Origin: a virus | Lineage: Duplodnaviria > Caudoviricetes | DNA length: 64,000 bases | Direction: 5' to 3' (one strand) | IMG/VR virus record: IMGVR_UViG_3300032050_000002 | Shown here: one piece after another, positions 10,264 through 18,679 of the stretch | Layout: every line of letters begins with the position of its first letter | How positions within the stretch are numbered: position 1 is the stretch's first letter | Translations under genes and position numbers: made by a program | The notes under the pieces: model-generated | What the model was told of the DNA's origin: nothing | Seen by the model: only the letters and a program-made list of their open reading frames with translations | Databases searched by the model: none

Positions 10264-10689
10264 ATGCCAGCAAACGTACAACCAATTTACACAAGAGAAC
10301 CTGACGTACAATGGACGATTTCAGCGATGACAGTTGCCAACACAACAAAAGATTTAACGGGAGGAACCATTTATTTAGCGTTTACTGCCGACACAACAAA
10401 CGGTAGTTATGTGCAAAGAATTAGATTTAGACCATTAGGGACTAATAATAGTGCCACTGTTGCTAGGGTTTGGATAAATAACGGTTCAACAACGACTACC
10501 GCAGCAAATAATGCGTTAATAGACGAAATAACATTACCAACAATAACAAATTCTGAGGTAGCAGCACAGTCAAATTATGAATTACCTCTAAATTTTGGAC
10601 TAGCACCTAGTGATAGAATTTATGTCACACTTGGTACCGCACCAAATTCTGCGGGATGGCAAGCAACGGTTATTGGGGGTAAATATTAA
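10264..10689 (+). CDS. Putative small fibre-associated beta-sandwich protein
   Basis: 141-aa Thr-rich ORF ending VIGGKY, in operon with the fibre genes. Confidence 0.65.
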   Translation: MPANVQPIYTREPDVQWTISAMTVANTTKDLTGGTIYLAFTADTTNGSYVQRIRFRPLGTNNSATVARVWINNGSTTTTAANNALIDEITLPTITNSEVAAQSNYELPLNFGLAPSDRIYVTLGTAPNSAGWQATVIGGKY

Positions 10690-10701
10690 AAATACAATAT
10701 T

Positions 10702-10896
10702 ATGAAATATAGTTTATGTCAATTTGAATATGGTTATGAAGGACAATTTTATCAAATCTGTGATTTAAATAGTGAAATTGGATTTGTTAGGTTTTCTGAT
10801 TTGGATGGGAATACTTTAGAATTAGTACCACCATACGGTTATTACATAGTTGATGGTGATTCACCAACACCGACTTGGGATTTAAATAATGATTGA
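10702..10896 (+). CDS. Small hypothetical protein (possible fibre chaperone)
   Basis: 64-aa acidic ORF overlapping the next start. Confidence 0.6.
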   Translation: MKYSLCQFEYGYEGQFYQICDLNSEIGFVRFSDLDGNTLELVPPYGYYIVDGDSPTPTWDLNND

Positions 10897-11809
10897 TTAT
10901 TCTAATATATCACAAATAACAAACCATCAAACTTTTTTCGGTTTAGGTTCAACTGTTTGGCAGACTTGGCAAAAACCAAAAAATACAAATTTTGTCTTTA
11001 TAACCGCAATAGGTGGAGGTGGTGGTGGAGGAGGTTCTACAAATAGTACCTCCCTATCAATTGCTGGAGGTGGTGGAGGAGGATGTTCATCAATATCAAA
11101 AATATTTGTTCCCTCTTTCTTGTTACCCGATACATTATATATAAATGTTGGTATGGGTGGAGCTGGAGGTGTAAATGCTGCCGGTTCTTCAGGTGGAATT
11201 TCGACCATTTCAATACAACCAAACACAACTTCTTCAAATGTTATTATTGAATCAGGAATTGTTGGTGCGGGGGGAGGTTCAAGAGGAACATCAACCGTAG
11301 GCAGCGGTACTGCCGGAACTGGAGGTACCGCGTTTGTAACATCAGAAGGATTCTTATCATCATTAGGTACTTGGTCAAGTTTTAATGGTATTTCAGGGGC
11401 AAATGGTGGTGCCCCAGGATTTAACGCCGGAGGGACTGTTACTGCTTTAAACACTTTCATATTGACAGGTGGTGGTGGTGGTGGCGGAAGAAGTACATCA
11501 AATGGGGGTGCCGGTGGTAGTATATTAGCAAATGGGGTTTTAGGTAGGTCGGCAGGAGGAACACCTACTAATGACGGAACAAATGGATTGATTACTATAA
11601 GACCAACACTTTTAACGTATTCATCAACAAAGTTTCCTTTTGCTGCAACAGGTGGTGCTGGAGGTGGTGGTGCAGGTCCCGCCGCTACGGGTGGTTCTGG
11701 TGGTAATGGTGAAATTGGGTGTGGTGGGGGAGGTGCCGGTGGTGGTGAAGAGGGTGCTGGTAATGGTGGTAGAGGAGGTAATGGAATTGTATTTATAACA
11801 ACTTTTTAA
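10889..11809 (+). CDS. Glycine-rich (polyglycine II type) fibre/adhesin protein
   Basis: TWQKPK..FVFITAIGGGGGGGG start, GGxGGxG runs, GGRGGNGIVFIT end. Confidence 0.7.
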   Translation: MIDYSNISQITNHQTFFGLGSTVWQTWQKPKNTNFVFITAIGGGGGGGGSTNSTSLSIAGGGGGGCSSISKIFVPSFLLPDTLYINVGMGGAGGVNAAGSSGGISTISIQPNTTSSNVIIESGIVGAGGGSRGTSTVGSGTAGTGGTAFVTSEGFLSSLGTWSSFNGISGANGGAPGFNAGGTVTALNTFILTGGGGGGGRSTSNGGAGGSILANGVLGRSAGGTPTNDGTNGLITIRPTLLTYSSTKFPFAATGGAGGGGAGPAATGGSGGNGEIGCGGGGAGGGEEGAGNGGRGGNGIVFITTF

Positions 11810-11820
11810 TTTTTTAATAT

Positions 11821-12777
11821 ATGATAGATTTTTTTAACTTACCAAATATAACAAATACACAAGTATTTTATGCTCAAGGAACGACTGTTTGGCAAATATG
11901 GCAAAAACCAAGAAATTGTAAATTTGTTCACTTGTTTGTATTAGGTGGTGGAGGTGGTGGTGGTGGAGGTAGAGGTGGTGGTAGTGCTCCTGCAACAGGT
12001 GGCGGAGGAGGGGCGTCTTCTTCTGTAACGACAGGATTTTTTACCGCAAACCTTATACCGGATAACCTTTATATTTTGGTAGGACCTGGTGGGACTTCAG
12101 GACCTGGTGGAGGTTCAGGAACAAACGGAACTGTGGGTGGTAATGGTTCATTATCATATGTTTCTGTAACAAATAGTGCGTCCGCAGCAAATGTTATTTT
12201 GGCCAGTGGAAACGCCGCGGCAACAGGAGGTTCAGGTGGGATTGCCGGACCTAACACGGTTGCTGGAGGAACTGCCGGGACATCGTTTACATCGACAAAC
12301 GGATTATTGTCTAATTTGGGAATTGTAAATTCAATTGGTGGCCAAATTGGTCTTTCAGGTCAAAATCTTTCCGCTGGAGTTGACGTTACTATCACGGGTA
12401 TAACATCTGGAGGTGCGGGAGGTGGTGGAGCTCAAAGTAGTGCTACGGTATACTCTGGAGGGTCAATAAACTCGTCAGGATTTATACCAAGAGTAAATGG
12501 TGGTGTTTTAGGTCTCGGTTCCAATGGTGGAACGGCCAATTCTGGATTTATTAGTTTAAACCCTTCTTCTTTATCAACATCAAAACAACCATTCTTAACC
12601 ACAGGTGGTGCTGGAGGAGGGGGTTCAACAAATAATGGAGTTGGTACATTTACCGGTGGAACTGGAGGTAATGGTGGTTATGGCTCTGGCGGTGGAGGAG
12701 GTGGAGGAGCATATAGTAATACTGGAGGCGCCGGAGGTAGAGGTGGTAATGGTATTGTAATAATAACTTCTTGGTAA
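11821..12777 (+). CDS. Glycine-rich fibre/adhesin protein, paralogue of 10889-11809
   Basis: Same N-terminus (TTVWQIWQKPR) and C-terminus (GGRGGNGIVIITSW). Confidence 0.7.
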   Translation: MIDFFNLPNITNTQVFYAQGTTVWQIWQKPRNCKFVHLFVLGGGGGGGGGRGGGSAPATGGGGGASSSVTTGFFTANLIPDNLYILVGPGGTSGPGGGSGTNGTVGGNGSLSYVSVTNSASAANVILASGNAAATGGSGGIAGPNTVAGGTAGTSFTSTNGLLSNLGIVNSIGGQIGLSGQNLSAGVDVTITGITSGGAGGGGAQSSATVYSGGSINSSGFIPRVNGGVLGLGSNGGTANSGFISLNPSSLSTSKQPFLTTGGAGGGGSTNNGVGTFTGGTGGNGGYGSGGGGGGGAYSNTGGAGGRGGNGIVIITSW

Positions 12778-12779
12778 GA

Positions 12780-12786
12780 TATTTAT
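12780..12786 (+). promoter_or_regulatory. TATTTAT putative late promoter
   Basis: 6 nt upstream of the ATG at 12793. Confidence 0.6.
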
Positions 12787-12792
12787 AATTAA

Positions 12793-13305
12793 ATGCAAAC
12801 AATAGAAATAACAGGAGCAACAGGGACAGGACCTTACGATGTTTATCTTTGTGATATAACATTAACATATTGTTTTTTAATTTCGGGTTCAACAACAATC
12901 CCACCAACCGTATCATTCGAATTACCATCGTCATTACCAAACCCTTTTCCTCCACCAGCGAATATATCTTTTACAGGTGCGGATTCAGTCATTGTTAAAT
13001 TAGTCGATACATCAAGTGGATGTGAAAAATTCATATATTATGGTTGCCCTGTTAGTCCAACACCAACACCCACAATGACTCCAACCCCAACTCCTACACC
13101 TACTTCAACTTGTAGATGTATTACGGTATCTGCAAGTACAATCACAAATGGTGTGTTTTATTATACAGATTGTTTTGGGGTTACATTAGCGCCAATAACC
13201 GTAACTCAAAATACGATATCTTATTATTGTGGAACAAATCCAATCATTGTATCAGATTGTTCAGTTACTTTAGGGTCTCCTTGCGTATCAGGTTCTTGTC
13301 CTTAA
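12793..13305 (+). CDS. Cys-rich putative virion protein with Pro-Thr linker
   Basis: [18 protein letters not shown] between two small Cys-containing domains. Confidence 0.7.
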   Translation: MQTIEITGATGTGPYDVYLCDITLTYCFLISGSTTIPPTVSFELPSSLPNPFPPPANISFTGADSVIVKLVDTSSGCEKFIYYGCPVSPTPTPTMTPTPTPTPTSTCRCITVSASTITNGVFYYTDCFGVTLAPITVTQNTISYYCGTNPIIVSDCSVTLGSPCVSGSCP

Positions 13306-13359
13306 TTTTTATTAATCTATTCATATTTATTTGATTTTTTTTATTTTTAAAATAAAAAA

Positions 13360-14607
13360 ATGTCAAAGATTTTTATTCAAATTGCATCTTATAGAGACCC
13401 ACAATTAATTCCAACAATTAAAAGTATGTTGGAAAACGCAAAGAATCCACAAAATTTAGTTTTAGGTATTTGTAGACAATATCACCCTGATGATAAATTT
13501 GATGATTTATCAGAGTATAAAAATGATAAAAGATTCAGAGTTTTAAATGTTTTATACACAGAATCAAAAGGTGTTTGTTGGGCAAGAAATCAAGTCCAAC
13601 AATTATATAAAAACGAAAAATATACATTACAAATTGACTCACACATGAGGTTCGCTCCAAATTGGGATGTTGAAATGATTAATATGGTTAGAGACCTTCA
13701 AAAGAAAGGTTATAAAAAACCATTATTAACAGGATATGTATCATCGTTTGACCCTGACAATGACCCAAATGGAAGAGTTAATGAACCTTGGAGAATGGTA
13801 TTTGATAGATTTATCCCTGAAGGAGCGGTTTTCTTTTTACCTGAAACAATTCCAGATTGGAAAAATTTAACCGAACCAGTTACGACAAGATTTTATTCCG
13901 CTCACTATTGTTTTACTTTGGGACAATTTTCAAAAGAAGTTATTCATAATCCAAATTACTATTTTCACGGAGAAGAAATCTCAATTGCTGTGAGAGCTTA
14001 TACTCATGGATATGATTTATTTCATCCTCATAAAGTTTTAATTTGGCACGAGTACACAAGAAAGAATCGTACAAAACAGTGGGATGATGACAAGGAGTGG
14101 TTTAAAAAGAACGACCAATCACACAAATTAAATAGACAACTATTCGGTATGGATGGTGAGGAAATGATTGATTTTGGTGAGTATGGTTTTGGTAAGGAAA
14201 GAACTTTAGAAGATTATGAAAAGTATGCAGGAATTAAATTTTCATTAAGAGGAGTTCAACAATATACTTTAGATAAAAATTACCCTCCTAATCCATATAA
14301 TTACGAATCTCAAGAAGAATGGTTAAAAAGTTTCTCATCAATCTTTAAACATTGTATTGATGTTCACTTTAATCAAGTTCCTGAAAAAGATTATGATTTT
14401 TGGGTGGTAGCGTTTCATAATGAAAAAGATGAGACAATATATCGAAAAGATGCCGATATAAATGAAATAAACAGAATGATGACCGACCCTGACGGATATT
14501 GTAAAATATGGAGAGAATTTCAAACAACAATTAAACCAAAGTATTGGGTTGTTTGGCCATATAGTAAATCTAAGGGGTGGTGCGATAGATTAACAGGAAA
14601 TTTATGA
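13360..14607 (+). CDS. GT60-like (GlcNAc-transferase) glycosyltransferase
   Basis: IFIQIASYRDPQL..T, SKGVCWAR, LQIDSHMRF..NWD, FHGEEI...RAYTHGYD and IWHEY are the motifs I recognise from the Gnt1/Gnt2 GlcNAc-transferase family. Confidence 0.8.
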   Translation: MSKIFIQIASYRDPQLIPTIKSMLENAKNPQNLVLGICRQYHPDDKFDDLSEYKNDKRFRVLNVLYTESKGVCWARNQVQQLYKNEKYTLQIDSHMRFAPNWDVEMINMVRDLQKKGYKKPLLTGYVSSFDPDNDPNGRVNEPWRMVFDRFIPEGAVFFLPETIPDWKNLTEPVTTRFYSAHYCFTLGQFSKEVIHNPNYYFHGEEISIAVRAYTHGYDLFHPHKVLIWHEYTRKNRTKQWDDDKEWFKKNDQSHKLNRQLFGMDGEEMIDFGEYGFGKERTLEDYEKYAGIKFSLRGVQQYTLDKNYPPNPYNYESQEEWLKSFSSIFKHCIDVHFNQVPEKDYDFWVVAFHNEKDETIYRKDADINEINRMMTDPDGYCKIWREFQTTIKPKYWVVWPYSKSKGWCDRLTGNL

Positions 14608-15323
14608 AAAAAATATTATTAACAATGTTGTTTTGGACTGATGGTCAAAGTCAGTCTACCAGAGAAAGAAATGTTAAATTTACGTTTCCAAAAATTATAG
14701 ATTTAACCGAATTTTTAAATAAAAATAATATTGAATGCGAATTCAAACTATATGATTTTTCACCTATTAAAGTAATTTACGATTCAATTCATATACCTTA
14801 CGAGTTAGGGGATTATAAACGGTCTGAAAAAATAAATCTAATATTAAAACAAAATGAAAATTTTGATTTTGTATTTATGTTTGATTGCGATACTTTTTTT
14901 AATGAATCTAATTTTTTACAAATATTAAACATTATTAATAATTTAGAAAAGGGGGATATTGTGACTTTTGATGCTGCAAAACTAAAAGAAGAGGATTTAG
15001 ACTTAATATTTAAAACCGGCAACGTTGATGAAAAAACCACAGATTGGTGGTATGCGTATTCAGGTGAAAAAAAATACGGACCTTTAAACGGAAGAGCGGG
15101 TGGATTAGGTGGCGTTTTTATTTGTGATATAGATTTAATATTAGGTAATGGCGGGTTTGATGAAAAATATGTTGGTTGGGGTGGAGAAGATGGAGATATG
15201 TTGGATAGAATAATTAATTCAAAAAAACTTAATAGATTAACTCCGACTAGAGATTTTGCGCCTTATCATCTCCCACATTTTGTGGATTTAAATAACAAAA
15301 AATATAATAAAAGATTCAAATAA
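14604..15323 (+). CDS. GT-A fold glycosyltransferase (GT2/GT7C-like)
   Basis: FMFDCD (DxD) and GGFDEKYVGWGGEDGD motifs. Confidence 0.8.
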   Translation: MKKILLTMLFWTDGQSQSTRERNVKFTFPKIIDLTEFLNKNNIECEFKLYDFSPIKVIYDSIHIPYELGDYKRSEKINLILKQNENFDFVFMFDCDTFFNESNFLQILNIINNLEKGDIVTFDAAKLKEEDLDLIFKTGNVDEKTTDWWYAYSGEKKYGPLNGRAGGLGGVFICDIDLILGNGGFDEKYVGWGGEDGDMLDRIINSKKLNRLTPTRDFAPYHLPHFVDLNNKKYNKRFK

Positions 15324-15339
15324 TAAAAAAATTAAATTT

Positions 15340-16188
15340 ATGAAAACACTTTTTATAACCTCTATTTATTCAAATCTTTGGGGCACTGAGTTTGGCGGAA
15401 GACCTAGTAGAGAGTATCATTATAGGATAAGTCTTCAAAACATTTTGAATATGAATCCCACAAAATGTGTTTGTTTCACTTCATCAGATGAAATAGAAAA
15501 TCTAAAAAATGTATTCTATAATAATTTTAAAATGCCTCAAGAACAATTATCATTTGTAATTTTTGATTTACACAATACCAAATATTTTGATGAGATTAGA
15601 AAATTAAAAAATTTGGAGGAGATGAAAAGAACCGATAGATGTTATGAAATTCAGTATAATAAATTTATGTGGAAATATAACATAAATGAAATTTATAATT
15701 ATGATAGGGTTTATTGGATTGACTCTGGATTATCTCATGGAGGTATTTTTCCTGAAAAATACCAAAAAGATAATAGTCGAGAAGGTCATTATAAAATAAG
15801 TTTATTTAGTCAAAAATATTTAAACCATTTAAATCAATTAACTTCAGATAAGATTCTTTTATTATCTAAAAATAATGAAGGACAATTTTTTTGGTCGCAA
15901 CAAATACCCCAACATTATTATAAAGAATTTGATAGGTCTAAACATATTATCGGAGGTCTTTTTGGGGGAACACCAAAAAAATTTTTAGAATTTTGTGATA
16001 AGTTTGAAACTTTATTAATACAATTATTAAGAAATGAAAATCAATTATATATGGAAGAACTAATAATGTCTTGTCTATATTTTAATGAAAAAAATAATTT
16101 TACTTTATTGGAATTCGATGATTGGTATAAAAGAGAGCACCATAATGACCCTAATATAAAATATTTTTATAATATGTTTGAATTATGA
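15340..16188 (+). CDS. HtrL/WlaTC-like putative glycosyltransferase
   Basis: YWIDSGLSH and IIGGLFGG motifs; paralogous to the N-terminal half of the next gene. Confidence 0.65.
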   Translation: MKTLFITSIYSNLWGTEFGGRPSREYHYRISLQNILNMNPTKCVCFTSSDEIENLKNVFYNNFKMPQEQLSFVIFDLHNTKYFDEIRKLKNLEEMKRTDRCYEIQYNKFMWKYNINEIYNYDRVYWIDSGLSHGGIFPEKYQKDNSREGHYKISLFSQKYLNHLNQLTSDKILLLSKNNEGQFFWSQQIPQHYYKEFDRSKHIIGGLFGGTPKKFLEFCDKFETLLIQLLRNENQLYMEELIMSCLYFNEKNNFTLLEFDDWYKREHHNDPNIKYFYNMFEL

Positions 16189-17855
16189 TTACATTAGTTA
16201 CGGGTCTTTGGGATATAAAAAGAGATAGTCTTTCTGAAGGGTGGTCTCGTTCATTCGAGCATTACAAACAAAAATTTTCAGAACTACTTAAAGTAGAAAA
16301 TAATATGATTATATTCGGTGACCCCGAGTTAGAGTCATTTGTTTGGGAACATAGAGGTAAAGAAAATACACAGTTTATTGTAAGATATCAATCTTGGTTT
16401 AAGACCAACGAATATTATGAATTAATTCAAAAGATTAGAAACAATCCAGAATGGTTTAATCAAGTAGGTTGGTTAACAAATTCCACTCAAGCAAAACTTG
16501 AGATGTATAACCCACTTGTAATGTCAAAGATGTTTTTATTACATGATGCGAAAATACTTGATAGGTTTAATTCCGAATATCTATTTTGGATTGATGCTGG
16601 TCTTACAAACACTGTTCACCCTGGTTATTTTACTCACGACAAAGTTTTAGAGAAGTTGCCAAAATACGTTAATAACTTTAACTTTGTTTGTTTTCCTTAT
16701 GAAGCAAATACCGAAATTCATGGGTTCAAATTTGATAAGATGAATGACTATTCAGGTAAGAAAGTTGATAAGGTTGCTAGAGGAGGATTTTTTGGTGGTA
16801 GAAAAGAATCAATAACCGAAATTAATAATCTATATTACAATTTATTAGTTGAGACATTAAACAATGGTTTAATGGGTACTGAAGAAAGTTTATTTACAAT
16901 TCTATTATACAAATACCCAAACACATTTAGTTATTCTGAAATAGAAGGTAATGGTCTTATGGGTAAATTTTTTGAGGATTTAAAAAACGATTCTGTGGTC
17001 GTCAAATCGGAAAAACCAATTAGACAAGAGATTAAAAATATTGATACGAGTAAGGTTGGTTTATATGTTATTACATTTAATTCACCAAATCAGTTTGAGA
17101 CATTAATTAAATCAATGTTAGAATATGACTCTGATTTTATAACAAAAACAAAAAAGTTTTTACTTGACAACTCAACAGATTTATCAACAACTCCAAGATA
17201 TAAACAATTATGTGAGCAATATGGTTTTGAACACATAAAGAAAGATAATTTGGGAATTTGTGGTGGAAGGCAATTTGTGTCTGACCATTTTAATGAATCT
17301 GATTTAGATATAATGGCGTGGAGCGAAGATGATATGTTTTTTCAAAACAAACCTAATGAAACTTGTAGAAATGGGTTTAATAGATACACATCAAATTTAT
17401 ATCAAAAATGTTTAGATATTTTAAAGAAAGAAAATTTTGATTTTTTAAAAATAAACTTCACGGAATTCTACGGAGATAATTCAACTTGTTGGCCGTGGTA
17501 TAATGTTCCGCAAGATTTTAGACAAAAACATTGGCCAAATAAACCAAATCTTCCTGTGCAAGGTTTAGACCCCGATTCTCCTTTGTCGAAATATAAACAT
17601 ATTAAATCTTATAAAGGTTTACCTTATGTTAGTGGTGACATTTATTATTGTAATTGGACTCATTTTATAACAAAAGAAGGTAATAGAAAAATGTTTCAAG
17701 AAACAAAATGGGATAGACCATTTGAACAAACTTGGATGAGTCATATATATCAAGAAACAATTAAAAGTAAAATTAACCCTGGTTTATTACTATTAACACC
17801 AATTGAGCATAACCGTTTTGAACACTATGACGGTAAATTAAGAAAAGAAAGTTAA
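16185..17855 (+). CDS. Two-domain glycosyltransferase: HtrL-like N-domain plus GT2-like C-domain
   Basis: TLVTGLWDIKR, FWIDAGL, GGFFGG, GTEES in the N-half; YVITFNS, LLDNS, NLGICGGR, WSEDDMF in the C-half. Confidence 0.7.
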   Translation: MITLVTGLWDIKRDSLSEGWSRSFEHYKQKFSELLKVENNMIIFGDPELESFVWEHRGKENTQFIVRYQSWFKTNEYYELIQKIRNNPEWFNQVGWLTNSTQAKLEMYNPLVMSKMFLLHDAKILDRFNSEYLFWIDAGLTNTVHPGYFTHDKVLEKLPKYVNNFNFVCFPYEANTEIHGFKFDKMNDYSGKKVDKVARGGFFGGRKESITEINNLYYNLLVETLNNGLMGTEESLFTILLYKYPNTFSYSEIEGNGLMGKFFEDLKNDSVVVKSEKPIRQEIKNIDTSKVGLYVITFNSPNQFETLIKSMLEYDSDFITKTKKFLLDNSTDLSTTPRYKQLCEQYGFEHIKKDNLGICGGRQFVSDHFNESDLDIMAWSEDDMFFQNKPNETCRNGFNRYTSNLYQKCLDILKKENFDFLKINFTEFYGDNSTCWPWYNVPQDFRQKHWPNKPNLPVQGLDPDSPLSKYKHIKSYKGLPYVSGDIYYCNWTHFITKEGNRKMFQETKWDRPFEQTWMSHIYQETIKSKINPGLLLLTPIEHNRFEHYDGKLRKES

Positions 17856-17879
17856 TCTATTTATTTTACATTATTAAAG

Positions 17880-17886
17880 TATTTAT
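17880..17886 (+). promoter_or_regulatory. TATTTAT putative late promoter
   Basis: 15 nt upstream of the ATG at 17902. Confidence 0.6.
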
Positions 17887-17901
17887 ATGATAAAAAGATA
17901 G

Positions 17902-18645
17902 ATGGATTTTTTTATCAAAAAAAATAGTACTCTCCCACTTTTAAAATTACAGGTCGTAAAGAATGGTCGTAACGATTATGATAATTTTATGAAAACCATA
18001 GAATTATCAGCAATCTTCTTTTCAATGGTCGATATTGAAACGGGAGTTGCTAAGATAAGTTCAAGACCCGCAGGATTTGTAGAAAAAACTTTTATTGACC
18101 CAAACGCAGAACCTGAATATTATATTTACTATCAATTTACAAATAGAGATACAAATAAAGTAGGTAGATATGAAGGTCAGTTTATGTTAAGAAATGATGA
18201 CGGAGTTTTAATATTACCTATTAGAGAAAAACTTTTTATTAATATTCAAGAGTCATTTATCGCGGATGATTTACCATATGAGAATTGTTATACATCAGAA
18301 TTTCCTTGTTGCGTTAACGGACCTTATACAACAACTACAACAACGACTCCGTGTCCAAGTTGTCCAACTTGTCCTGAACCAACTCAAACTCCTATAACAA
18401 CTACTACAACAACAATTATCCCTATAACAACTACTACGACAACAATAAATATAACTGAAACGCCAACTCAAACTCCTACAGTAACTCCAACTCCTACAAT
18501 AACACCAAGTCCGACACCGGCACCTCAAAACGATTTGATGTTTATGTTTATTCCTGAAGGTGATATAGAATTTGTATTAATACCTGACGGTGATTTAGGA
18601 GTTTTTGATTTACCAATTGATGATTTAGGTTTTGAATTTTTATAA
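17902..18645 (+). CDS. BppU-like Ig-fold protein with poly-Thr/Pro-Thr stalk
   Basis: FFIKKNSTLPLL...DTNKVGRYEGQF N-domain followed by T7, CPSCPTC, T6, T6 and TPTVTPTPT. Confidence 0.6.
   Translation: MDFFIKKNSTLPLLKLQVVKNGRNDYDNFMKTIELSAIFFSMVDIETGVAKISSRPAGFVEKTFIDPNAEPEYYIYYQFTNRDTNKVGRYEGQFMLRNDDGVLILPIREKLFINIQESFIADDLPYENCYTSEFPCCVNGPYTTTTTTTPCPSCPTCPEPTQTPITTTTTTIIPITTTTTTINITETPTQTPTVTPTPTITPSPTPAPQNDLMFMFIPEGDIEFVLIPDGDLGVFDLPIDDLGFEFL
18328..18525 (+). repeat. Poly-Thr/Pro-Thr mucin-like coding tract
   Basis: [66 protein letters not shown]. Confidence 0.9.
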
Positions 18646-18662
18646 AAAAGAAAATAAATGAA

Positions 18663-18674
18663 TATTTATAAATA
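18663..18674 (+). promoter_or_regulatory. TATTTAT(AAATA) putative late promoter
   Basis: Palindromic TATTTATAAATA upstream of the ATG at 18680. Confidence 0.6.
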
Positions 18675-18679
18675 AAAAA

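Noticed and set aside
10927-12257. Pro-rich minus-strand ORFs (10927-11460, 12069-12257)
   Set aside because: Antisense shadows of the poly-Gly genes.
10889-12777. Collagen-like fibres
   Set aside because: Gly occurs in runs (GGxGG), not strict Gly-X-Y triplets.
13360-17855. DNA-modifying glucosyltransferases or a host LPS island
   Set aside because: No base-hypermodification genes nearby; same composition and start context as phage genes; flanked by Thr-stalk virion genes. Considered less likely, not excluded.
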